A stretch of 36,579 nt of DNA from IMG/VR virus record IMGVR_UViG_3300032212_000082, positions 1-36,579 of that record; one strand, given 5' to 3'. Shown one piece after another: positions 18,748 to 26,448 of this stretch. Below the pieces are notes generated by a model. The model had not been told where the DNA came from. It did no database searches and saw nothing but the letters and a program-made list of their open reading frames with translations. The number at the start of each line of letters is the position of its first letter. Within the stretch, counting starts at the first letter, position 1. The stretch comes from a virus. Taxonomy: Duplodnaviria; Caudoviricetes. A program made the position numbers and the translations under genes.

Positions 18748-19862
18748 GTTTTGGTAATTTAGTTCAGGAAGCCTCAGATAGTGCAAATGAATACCCACAT
18801 GATGTAACTTACACCTCCGCTACGACTTCAGGAAATGTACTTGTATCGGTATTTAAGAACACCGCAAACCACTCAGGCAACACACCTGTAGTTGTTCCTT
18901 CAGGATGGACGTTGGGCGCAGAAGTTGGGGATGCAGGAACATTCACCTTAGCTATAGCCTATAAAGTCTCAGATGGCACAGAGACTAGTGTTTCATGGGG
19001 TGATGCTCGACTTGCCGCAAGACAAGGCACAGTATGGGTAGGCGAGTTCTCAGGATTAACAGGCGCTACACCTAATGTTTCGGTTGTATCGGATGGCGCA
19101 GCTACATCAACAACAAGTCGTTCAACAGGAACAACAGCCACTACAACTGCTGCCAATACAGCGGCCTTTGCGGTAGCTTGTGCTGATGCCGTTGCATTAT
19201 CTACGACCCCTGCATGGACAAATAGCTTTGCGTCTAATTACAACTCAGGCGATACAAGTATAGCTTTTGGTACAAAGGCGATTAGCGCAACTGGCACGGT
19301 AGAAACTACATTCTCTCATGGTGGAGCAGGTGACGAAATGGTTGCCTTGGTTCTTGTATGGGAAGCAGCAAGCACAGTCACAGGCACATTCGACAACATT
19401 GATGTCACTGCAATTACTACACCTACAGTGGGAAACCCATTTACATCAGCCTCTCACTCGATTACAGCCGACTTCACAGATGGTACAGACTCAGCCTCTC
19501 TAGCGGTTACCTATAACCCCAAGGCAGGGTATGCAGTACAAGAGATTACATCAGCCGTTAAAACCACAGGGAGCGTCTTTGAGAACTTCGTAGGCACTAT
19601 TCCTGACACATCTCAGGTGATGTATCCAACAGCTAACAACACCTCAGTGGATGCAACAGGCATACTTACTACTGATGCTACTAGTAACTTCTACATGCAC
19701 TATTGGGATGCAACCAGTGGGGAGTGGGATAGATTTGAGGTTATCATTGACCAGGTTGGGAGTAACCCATCAAATCCAACTGGATTAACTGGCGCTAAGA
19801 CTCAAGTTAGATCTATGGTTAGAAGCCAAGTATCCTCACAGGTACAAAGTCAGGTTAAGTAA
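18744..19862 (+). CDS. Thr/Ala-rich beta-sandwich virion-type protein, copy 2, with a C-terminal extension
   Basis: The first ~210 aa are paralogous to 16484-17287 (WVGEFSGLTGATP, TGTVETT). The extra C-terminal part ends in a periodic QVRSMVRSQVSSQVQSQVK tail. Confidence 0.65.
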   Translation: MSFGNLVQEASDSANEYPHDVTYTSATTSGNVLVSVFKNTANHSGNTPVVVPSGWTLGAEVGDAGTFTLAIAYKVSDGTETSVSWGDARLAARQGTVWVGEFSGLTGATPNVSVVSDGAATSTTSRSTGTTATTTAANTAAFAVACADAVALSTTPAWTNSFASNYNSGDTSIAFGTKAISATGTVETTFSHGGAGDEMVALVLVWEAASTVTGTFDNIDVTAITTPTVGNPFTSASHSITADFTDGTDSASLAVTYNPKAGYAVQEITSAVKTTGSVFENFVGTIPDTSQVMYPTANNTSVDATGILTTDATSNFYMHYWDATSGEWDRFEVIIDQVGSNPSNPTGLTGAKTQVRSMVRSQVSSQVQSQVK

Positions 19863-19879
19863 TAGCGCATCTATTGTGA

Positions 19880-20413
19880 TTAAAGAGATTTAAGCTCTTT
19901 TAGCTTCTTTCGATACTTAATCTTGATATCTTCGTAATCCTTAGCGGTCCTTCTGATAGGAGGGTGATACTCTTCCAGGTTTAACACCCTCTTCTTACCT
20001 ATCTTGCCTATCAAGCGTTCGCGATAATCAACAAGATTCCCAGACAAATGATTGTTACATACACTACACTGCTTATGGCAATTATCTTCATTAAATGCCA
20101 GCTCTGGGTGTGCGCCGCGAGTCTTGAAATGGCCCGCATGAAACTGCCTACCTTGTTTAATACCACAGGAAATACACCCGTCTTCTTTATCTCTTTCCCG
20201 TATATAAGCATTGAAGGCTTTAGAAGCCTCTCTTTTCTGTACGCCAATATCGCTTCGTTTGAACCGTCTTTTACGTTCTCTGAACTCTGCATCTTTTTTA
20301 TCCTGGACCTTTTTCTTAGCTAGTTTTGATGCACATTCAACTCCGCACACCACACTGGTTGTTGTAAATGGGGTGAATAATTCCCTGCAAACCCTACACT
20401 TCTTCTGCTTCAC
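19880..20413 (-). CDS. ninG: NinG/Rap-family recombination endonuclease
   Basis: N-terminal CxxC...CxxxC, then FNAYIRERD, CISCG, FHAGHF, FNEDNCHKQCSVCNNHLSGN. Confidence 0.92.
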   Translation of the reverse strand: MKQKKCRVCRELFTPFTTTSVVCGVECASKLAKKKVQDKKDAEFRERKRRFKRSDIGVQKREASKAFNAYIRERDKEDGCISCGIKQGRQFHAGHFKTRGAHPELAFNEDNCHKQCSVCNNHLSGNLVDYRERLIGKIGKKRVLNLEEYHPPIRRTAKDYEDIKIKYRKKLKELKSL

Positions 20414-20798
20414 GGCTCAAGTCTTCCCATTCAATTTTAAACTCTCTCTCTATGTATCTGCCAGCCTTCTCATAGAACTCTTCAAACTCATCCTGAGACA
20501 TCTTTGCAAATGAGATAGATTTAGATTTATAACAAGGGTATCCATTAGGCATATAAAAGCAGGACACATGATGTATACCTAGTTTAATAACCTCTTCAAA
20601 GACATCAAAGTCCTCATAAACCTCTTGGTTGTCAAAGGCAAGGCGTAACATACCAAAGAATTTACGATGAAAGTTTAGGTTTCTTGGACGGACAACCTTC
20701 ACTTTAAACATTTCGCCATTCTTTAATTTAAATAACTTATCAACATCCTGGCTTAATACCTCAAAGCCAATAGGTGTTTTCTTTGCAATTAATTCCAT
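20394..20798 (-). CDS. DUF1367-like protein (nin region)
   Basis: Motifs RPRNLNFHRKFFGML and KSISFAKMSQDEFEEFY. Adjacent to ninG. Confidence 0.82.
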   Translation of the reverse strand: MELIAKKTPIGFEVLSQDVDKLFKLKNGEMFKVKVVRPRNLNFHRKFFGMLRLAFDNQEVYEDFDVFEEVIKLGIHHVSCFYMPNGYPCYKSKSISFAKMSQDEFEEFYEKAGRYIEREFKIEWEDLSREAEEV

Positions 20799-20807
20799 GA
20801 TGTTCTC

Positions 20808-21197
20808 CTAATCATATCCTAGTTCTTTTCTGCCTTTCTGTAACTCTTCTTCAGTAGGATACTTGGGTTTTACTCCAAACTTATCTTCCATCTCACGCGC
20901 CCATGTATCGAACTCTGGTGAGACTTCAGGCTCTGGTGGTACGTATGCTTCATGTGATGGGTGAAGCGCCTCTAAGGGCTTCTCAGGGGCTGTCTCGTCC
21001 TCAAATCGACGATGCTTTAAGTATCTTTCTGGGTCTGGCCGATACTTAGGGTCTGGGTTAGCTTTAATAAATGATGACACATTATCTACAACCATCTTCC
21101 TGTCGATAGCATCCAGTTTGTCCCATTGTTTCACCGTGGCCTGTTTCCCACGCTTCTTTCTGTAGGCATTCCAGAAGTAGTTAAAGTCCTTATCCAT
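20808..21197 (-). CDS. Small protein resembling the C-terminal domain of phage replication initiators
   Basis: FNYFWNAYRKKRGKQATVKQWDKL...YRPDPERYLKHRRFEDE resembles the F..FW..YP.K..K / P..YL...R..DE domain. It has no N-terminal HTH or iteron-bearing linker. Confidence 0.65.
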   Translation of the reverse strand: MDKDFNYFWNAYRKKRGKQATVKQWDKLDAIDRKMVVDNVSSFIKANPDPKYRPDPERYLKHRRFEDETAPEKPLEALHPSHEAYVPPEPEVSPEFDTWAREMEDKFGVKPKYPTEEELQKGRKELGYD

Positions 21198-21379
21198 TAG
21201 AACACCTCTTCTCTCGTATCTCTATCCCATATAAAGGCTAGTGCATGAGTGGCCTTAGCTTTTATCTTCCTGGCTTCGCCAATGTATTTAACCTCGGCTA
21301 GTGTCTTGCTCTCTACGATTCCTGATTCGTTCCTTTGCGGCTCGATAATCAAGTACCTGTCCGGTCTGTTTTCTACCAT
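21197..21379 (-). CDS. Hypothetical protein (60 aa)
   Basis: SD GAGGA before the ATG. TAATG-coupled to the next gene. Confidence 0.6.
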   Translation of the reverse strand: MVENRPDRYLIIEPQRNESGIVESKTLAEVKYIGEARKIKAKATHALAFIWDRDTREEVF

Positions 21380-21429
21380 TATATAATCCTCTTAATTCGT
21401 CCCACTGGTGGGGTTTTGTGTCATTTAGT

Positions 21430-21567
21430 TTAGACTTCATCGTTCTTCTCCCAGCTAAATCTAACAACCCGGCAGTACCTGGCGATACCAAGAACAATCG
21501 CGGTTAGCAATAAAGGAACCCCAAGTACAGCAAACAACAAACACCAAATCTCGTAACAATCGCTCAT
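21430..21567 (-). CDS. Small single-pass membrane protein (45 aa, not in ORF track)
   Basis: MSDCYEIWCLLFAVLGVPLLLTAIVLGIARYCRVVRFSWEKNDEV. The ATG overlaps the phosphoesterase stop (TAATG). Confidence 0.55.
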   Translation of the reverse strand: MSDCYEIWCLLFAVLGVPLLLTAIVLGIARYCRVVRFSWEKNDEV

Positions 21568-22238
21568 TATTCCTCTCCTAGATCCATAAAGTGTACTCGT
21601 GGATCACCATTAATAACCGTCCCACAAGCAACAATCGGCTTCTTTCTAAAATGCTTACCATAGACAAAAGCCATAGATTTAGCGTCTACCCCACAACCAA
21701 CCGCCATTCCCCATACAAGCCTATGCTGGGAAGCAGTAGCTGATACTCCTGCATTGGAATGGTTGTGACCCGAAACTGTGTTGCACATACGAGCGATGGC
21801 ATCCCCTCTGAATCCATTGACACCGGACGCGGTTTCTCCGTGATGGTAAATGACACCATCGATTTTGACCTCATCAGCTGTGTTCCAGCCTTTAGGAAAT
21901 TGATAGACTTCGGGTAACGGGCGCATCCATACTTCCGAGTCAACTCCAATTTTCTTAAGTTGCCTAGCAGGAATACGGTCATGGTTCCCAAGAATGACGG
22001 TGAGTTTAGGGAAAGCCCTGAACCAGGGCCGAAGACGTTCCTTAGCATCTAGCAGTTCACCATTCGCGCCTTTTAGACTGGTTTCCGACTCATGAAAACT
22101 CAAAGCGTGATGGTCAATTAAGTCCCCTATGTGTATGATTTTATTGCATCTTTGTTTTTTGAACACCGACTTACAAAACTTCAAGTAATCTTTATGCTCA
22201 TAAGGTATATGTGTATCACCTATGATTCCTACTCTCAT
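21567..22238 (-). CDS. Calcineurin-like metallophosphoesterase
   Basis: All five signature motifs are present: GDTH, GDLID, GNHD, HHGE and GHNH. SD AGGAG. Confidence 0.92.
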   Translation of the reverse strand: MRVGIIGDTHIPYEHKDYLKFCKSVFKKQRCNKIIHIGDLIDHHALSFHESETSLKGANGELLDAKERLRPWFRAFPKLTVILGNHDRIPARQLKKIGVDSEVWMRPLPEVYQFPKGWNTADEVKIDGVIYHHGETASGVNGFRGDAIARMCNTVSGHNHSNAGVSATASQHRLVWGMAVGCGVDAKSMAFVYGKHFRKKPIVACGTVINGDPRVHFMDLGEE

Positions 22239-22303
22239 TACGACTCCTATGCTTTACTTTGCGAGTAAATTTCTTGGGGGTATGAAAGCCACCCTTATGC
22301 CTA

Positions 22304-22633
22304 TTATACTTGGCAACTGGATTGCGCTTTTTCATAGTTAACAATGGCTCTGGACATAAAGGATGGCCCAGATAGAAGAGTATCCCAGACAGGCTTATTA
22401 GTTTTAGCTAGTCTTTTGTCATGTTTAAGGCGGATATTTTCTTCTTCGGTTCGGTAGGTTGCTGAATGAGTGGTTATTTTACGCTTCTTTACTAACTTAA
22501 CCCCATGCTTTCTTAGGACTGTGTACACATAAGTGTTGCTACCATAGCCCAGTAAGGCAGAAACAGTATCAACATCTTTTGTTTCTTCATATAGGGCTAG
22601 AATTTTTTTTGTTGCGCTTCTCACATATTGCAT
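22304..22633 (-). CDS. HTH-like DNA-binding protein (start revised to ATG 22633)
   Basis: KILALYEETKDVDTVSALLGYGSNTYVYTVLRKHGV is an HTH-like pattern. SD AAGGAG precedes ATG 22633. The ORF-track TTG start at 22684 is the -35 box of the promoter. Confidence 0.65.
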   Translation of the reverse strand: MQYVRSATKKILALYEETKDVDTVSALLGYGSNTYVYTVLRKHGVKLVKKRKITTHSATYRTEEENIRLKHDKRLAKTNKPVWDTLLSGPSFMSRAIVNYEKAQSSCQV

Positions 22634-22655
22634 TGCTTTCTCCTTGGTTTTAATT

Positions 22656-22712
22656 ACCATACGCTTGAGCAAATCACATGTCAAGAGGTTTATTTTTATT
22701 AAATTTTACTTA
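22656..22712 (-). promoter_or_regulatory. Sigma70-type leftward promoter with an UP-like element
   Basis: On the minus strand: TTGACA (22684-22679), 17 bp, TATGGT (22661-22656). An AT-only tract AAAATTTAATAAAAATAAA lies upstream. Confidence 0.78.
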
Positions 22713-22719
22713 GTTCTAC

Positions 22720-22940
22720 CGCCCTTTCCCTCGTGGTCTGCACCACGGGTACTCAAGTCCCCTTATCCTCGTAGTCCCATCTCAGGCTAACGGTCAGTTC
22801 GCGGTATTGACCCATATTAGTTAGCAACTCTATTCTGCTTTTTTGAACACCAGGCACAGAAGAACCTAAAACTTGTGGTGGTTCAGACCAAAAAAAGGAC
22901 GATACACCAAAATCCGCTCAGGATCAAGCGGATCTGGCTA
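22720..22940. other. Structured non-coding element between cro and the leftward promoter (ncRNA or origin candidate)
   Basis: Four hairpins: CGTGGT/ACCACG; GCTAAC..GGTCA/TGACC..GTTAGC; TGAAC/GTTCA with outer T6/A7 arms; ATCCGCT/AGCGGAT. No convincing ORF. Confidence 0.5.
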
Positions 22941-22945
22941 AAGAC

Positions 22946-23134
22946 TTAATAGAGAGTGGGATCGTATCTTAATCGACCACGAGTGTGACGTTGCAACTTC
23001 ATAGCCCGAAGTTCTGGGATAACTCTACCCCACCTGGACACGGCAGATTGACTAATGCCTAATATCTCTGCAACAGTAGAGCAAGGATTATTCACTTTAG
23101 TCTTATAATAAGACAGAACATCTTCTTTATACAT
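22946..23134 (-). CDS. cro: Cro/YdaS-like HTH regulator (start revised to ATG 23134)
   Basis: MYKEDVLSYY...VAEILGISQSAVSRWGRVIPELRAMKLQRHTRGRLRYDPTLY is a typical Cro-family pattern. SD GGAGA. Confidence 0.82.
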   Translation of the reverse strand: MYKEDVLSYYKTKVNNPCSTVAEILGISQSAVSRWGRVIPELRAMKLQRHTRGRLRYDPTLY

Positions 23135-23153
23135 AAATATCTCCATTTATGAC

Positions 23154-23206
23154 TTGCATTAATGATAAAGTAAGCGTATTATACCTTTAGTTAATGAGAG
23201 ATTCAA
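23154..23206. promoter_or_regulatory. Overlapping divergent sigma70 promoters
   Basis: Plus strand: TTGCAT (23154-23159), 17 bp, TATTAT (23177-23182). Minus strand: TTGAAT (23206-23201), 17 bp, TATAAT (23183-23178). The two -10 boxes overlap. Confidence 0.78.
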
Positions 23207-23225
23207 TTATAAGGAGGTTGAATTT

Positions 23226-23642
23226 ATGTCATATCTAGTGTGTAGTTTTTATCTACCCGTCAAAAATGCCCAGTCTGTTATCAATGGAGAGGGCAATACA
23301 TTTTTCTTAAATATCAACGGCTTATCGTTACAATGCGCCTTTTTATATTCAAATTGGCAGCGTTACATTAGTGACTTTAATCATAAGACAGAAGGGGATT
23401 ACCAGTGCCTTGCGTACATTTGCCCATCTATCTTGGATATTATCTGGTCTGTTAAGTCAACAGCCACAGCGAAGGGTAGCTCCCCGTCTGTTTGCATCGA
23501 TGTTGATATGGCTGAAGTGCAAAGCCCGGTAATACCTTACGATTTAACGCTCACTGATTGCGAGAATAACAGAGAGGTTCTATGCGAAATCATGACAAAT
23601 GGGATTGGCTCTATAGCATCCTCTTGGTTGTCTGCTTCTTAA
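23226..23642 (+). CDS. Hypothetical protein, first gene of the rightward operon
   Basis: Strong SD AAGGAGGT and a 138-aa ORF. No family recognised. Confidence 0.6.
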   Translation: MSYLVCSFYLPVKNAQSVINGEGNTFFLNINGLSLQCAFLYSNWQRYISDFNHKTEGDYQCLAYICPSILDIIWSVKSTATAKGSSPSVCIDVDMAEVQSPVIPYDLTLTDCENNREVLCEIMTNGIGSIASSWLSAS

Positions 23643-23658
23643 TAATAGGAATAGTGCT

Positions 23659-24261
23659 ATGAAATTATCACAAAAACTAACTGACATTCAGTCAGACCTG
23701 AAAGCCCCAAAAGACCAGACCAATAAATTTGGCGGGTATAAGTACAGAAACATTGAGGCCATCCAGGAATCAGTCAAGCCCTTACTAAAAGAGCATGGAT
23801 TAGTATTAACATTCTCTGACTCTATTGAGGTCTATGGTGACAGGGTTTACGTCAAAGCAACAGCTATGCTAACTGATGGGATAGAGCAAGTAACCGCATC
23901 AGCCTTTGCGAGAGAGCCTTTAAATAGAAAAGGAATGGATGAGAGTCAGATAACTGGCGCAGCTTCTACCTATGCTCGTAAGTATGCCGCAGGAGGCTTG
24001 TTCTTATTAGACGACACCAAGGATGCTGACTCAATGGACTCAAGTGAAGAGGCGCGTAAGTCTACATCTAAGGGCGTTTCTGCACCTAAGAGTAAGCAGG
24101 AGTACACTGACAAGGACTTCCAGAAGAACTTGCCCGCATGGACTACGCTAATTGAATCAGGCTCACACAGCCCTGACACTATTATCGGCATGGTTAGTTC
24201 CAAAGGATACTTTATGAATCCTCAACACGTCAAAACGCTTAAAGCAATAAAGGTGAGCTAA
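23659..24261 (+). CDS. erf: ERF-family single-strand annealing protein
   Basis: Motifs IQSDLKAPKDQTNKFGGYKYRNIEAI, AFARE and KGMDESQITGAASTYARKYAAGGLFLLDDTKDAD. Confidence 0.9.
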   Translation: MKLSQKLTDIQSDLKAPKDQTNKFGGYKYRNIEAIQESVKPLLKEHGLVLTFSDSIEVYGDRVYVKATAMLTDGIEQVTASAFAREPLNRKGMDESQITGAASTYARKYAAGGLFLLDDTKDADSMDSSEEARKSTSKGVSAPKSKQEYTDKDFQKNLPAWTTLIESGSHSPDTIIGMVSSKGYFMNPQHVKTLKAIKVS

Positions 24262-24500
24262 TGGATAAGTTAGGACAAATAGTTGACGGCTTTGAGGAAA
24301 TTATTGAAGAACTCGAAGCGAGCCACAACGACGTTGATACCTTTTGTATGGCATTGTTATTCGCAGTGTTTGAAGAGAAGGGGGTCAATCTAATGGAGGT
24401 CAATGGGGGTGAGCTAGAAGTACAGTTTGGCCCAGAGTTTTTTAAAATCACAGTCGAAAAGACGGATGAACCGAGCTATGGAGGACAGTATGTCCACTGA
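24261..24500 (+). CDS. Small acidic hypothetical protein
   Basis: 79 aa, very Glu/Asp-rich, TAATG-coupled to erf. Confidence 0.6.
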   Translation: MDKLGQIVDGFEEIIEELEASHNDVDTFCMALLFAVFEEKGVNLMEVNGGELEVQFGPEFFKITVEKTDEPSYGGQYVH

Positions 24501-25386
24501 GTTTTTAGACTTGGAACAAGGGTCACAGGAATGGCAAGACCTTAGAGGGCAGTATTACACAGCCTCTGAAGCAGACGCCATGATGGGGACATCTAAGTAT
24601 AAATCACGACACGACTTATTGGTAGAGAAGAAGACCGGCATCAAGCCAGTGGTATCTGAATACCTTCAAGGCATTTTTGAGCAGGGCCACCACAACGAAG
24701 AGTGGGCTAGGGCTAGAGTTGAACAGGGTCTATTTGGATTTGCACTTGACCCTTTAACCGCTATTAAGGATAATCGCTTTCTGTCCTCGTTGGATGGGAT
24801 TAACCTGGTAAACGAAGTAGTATGGGAATGCAAGACTTGGAACAAACACCTCGCTGAACACGTATTAGAAGGTGTCATCCCGGAGTCCCATAAATGGCAG
24901 TTGGTTCACCAGTGTTATACAACAGGTATAGATAAAGTCCTGTTTTCTATTGCAGATGAAGAGAAAGAGTTGTTAGAATCTGCATGGTTCCATCCAACAG
25001 AGGACGATTTTGCTCAGTTAATTAGCGGTTGGAATGACTTTGAGGGTGAATTAGCGCACTTTGAGGTATCTAACCCGTTAGATGACATGGACTTCAATGA
25101 AGCTAGGGATGAGGCACTGAGACTGGCTGATGAGAAGCTGACTGAATACTTAGTTATGCGCTCATTATGGGTTGAGTACGACTTCAACCAGGCTATCAAG
25201 GGTAAGCGTAACATCAGAACGGTTCAAGCGGCAATTGATGAACATATGGCAGCATCTAAAGCAAATGCAAAACCATCTATTCATGTGGAGTTGGCTATGT
25301 GGGCCAACAGGCACGACATTAAACTAACAGGCAAGATTTTAGCCGACTTAGATCCTATATTAATCAAATACGGAGTAAAACTATGA
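24490..25386 (+). CDS. YqaJ/lambda-exonuclease family protein (start revised to ATG 24490)
   Basis: Motifs EQGSQEWQDLR..YTASEA, GHHNE..AR, SSLDG, WECK and WQLVHQ. SD GGAGGA precedes ATG 24490. Confidence 0.88.
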   Translation: MSTEFLDLEQGSQEWQDLRGQYYTASEADAMMGTSKYKSRHDLLVEKKTGIKPVVSEYLQGIFEQGHHNEEWARARVEQGLFGFALDPLTAIKDNRFLSSLDGINLVNEVVWECKTWNKHLAEHVLEGVIPESHKWQLVHQCYTTGIDKVLFSIADEEKELLESAWFHPTEDDFAQLISGWNDFEGELAHFEVSNPLDDMDFNEARDEALRLADEKLTEYLVMRSLWVEYDFNQAIKGKRNIRTVQAAIDEHMAASKANAKPSIHVELAMWANRHDIKLTGKILADLDPILIKYGVKL

Positions 25387-25790
25387 ACATATTACACGCA
25401 TCAGGGAACTTAGGTGGCGACATGGAAATCGCCTACACTAAAGGCGGGACAGCTATTGGCACAGTATCTATGGCGGTTACTCATGGCTTTGGTGACAAGC
25501 AAAAGACTATGTGGGTTAAGTGCAAGTTATTTGGCAAGCAAGCTGAGTCATTGACACCGTATCTAACCAAGGGTAGCAAGCCCGCATTTGTTGGACGATT
25601 CTATATTGACGAGTGGACCGGGGATGACGGCATTAAGAGAACAACCCCAACACTTGAAGTAATGGACGTAGACCTACCAAGAAGAGAGGGCCCGGCAGTA
25701 GGGAAGCAGCACCACGGCTTTAAGAATGAAGCCACTAACAACGACGGTAGCTACAAAGAAGCAGTAGTAGAAGACGATATACCGTTCTAA
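25383..25790 (+). CDS. ssb: Single-stranded DNA-binding protein
   Basis: Motifs GNLGGD, WVKCKLFGKQAE and YLTKGS, with an acidic C-terminal DDIPF. Confidence 0.93.
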   Translation: MNILHASGNLGGDMEIAYTKGGTAIGTVSMAVTHGFGDKQKTMWVKCKLFGKQAESLTPYLTKGSKPAFVGRFYIDEWTGDDGIKRTTPTLEVMDVDLPRREGPAVGKQHHGFKNEATNNDGSYKEAVVEDDIPF

Positions 25791-25878
25791 TTTCACTTGG
25801 AGATAGGTGTCTCATATCACCTTCCTTGCGGGTCTGCCCCACCTGTTCTCCGAAACGGGGCATTAAAGGAGAAAGACA

Positions 25879-26436
25879 ATGAGTAATACAGAAAAAATAA
25901 TAGATGACAAAGAGACTTGCGATTGGACTCTGGATAACAGCGATTGGTACTGCTACGAAACATCTTGTCAACAATGTTTTGTAATGAGTGACGGAGACCT
26001 AAAAGACAATGGCATAAACTATTGCTGTTACTGCGGCAAGCCCGTGAGTGAAATCAAAGAGGGGGCAACCATGACCAAATTAAAAAAATATGACCCAAAA
26101 TATAGAATAGGTCAAAAAGTAAAATTTAAGACAAGTGGCGCAGAAGCTTATGTTTTAGGCGTTCAGTGCGCCCAATCTAGCGACCAATGGGAAGTGGTTT
26201 ATTTGTTGTCTGATGGCCCCGTCCACCCTAGCACCACCAACACTGCGATCAATCAAAAATTTCCAGAAGATAATTTACTTAGTGAAACAGAATATCATTT
26301 GTATGTTACAAAAAAAGCTATAGATCACCTAAAGTCATTCGGATTCCTTATTGAATGCAACGGGATTCAGCTTGATGACAAAAACTATACAGGCTGCTCT
26401 GGAAGTCACGGGGATTGCCCTGTTTGCGGAAACTAA
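25879..26436 (+). CDS. Cys-rich hypothetical protein, probably two fused small genes
   Basis: N-terminal zinc-ribbon-like part (C..W..YETSC..YCCYCGKP). An internal SD GAGGGGG and ATG 26071 start an SH3/YorP-like KYRIGQKVKF part. C-terminal CSGSHGDCPVC. Confidence 0.65.
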   Translation: MSNTEKIIDDKETCDWTLDNSDWYCYETSCQQCFVMSDGDLKDNGINYCCYCGKPVSEIKEGATMTKLKKYDPKYRIGQKVKFKTSGAEAYVLGVQCAQSSDQWEVVYLLSDGPVHPSTTNTAINQKFPEDNLLSETEYHLYVTKKAIDHLKSFGFLIECNGIQLDDKNYTGCSGSHGDCPVCGN

Positions 26437-26448
26437 AGAAGAAAGACA

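Noticed and set aside
11051-19862. Diversity-generating retroelement, suggested by the BPP-1-like architecture and the NNC codon pattern at 26842-27186
   Set aside because: I found no reverse transcriptase ORF and no TR/VR pair differing at adenines. The A1/A2 and B1/B2 paralogues differ at all base types.
21288-21497. 69-aa minus-strand ORF (possible ATG at 21440)
   Set aside because: It overlaps the better-supported 21197-21379 gene by 92 bp and also the 45-aa membrane ORF. I cannot support it, although an SD-like GGAG precedes ATG 21440.
25791-25866. tRNA-sized structured intergenic segment
   Set aside because: It has no cloverleaf, no T-loop GTTCRA and no acceptor stem. It is kept only as a hairpin pair.
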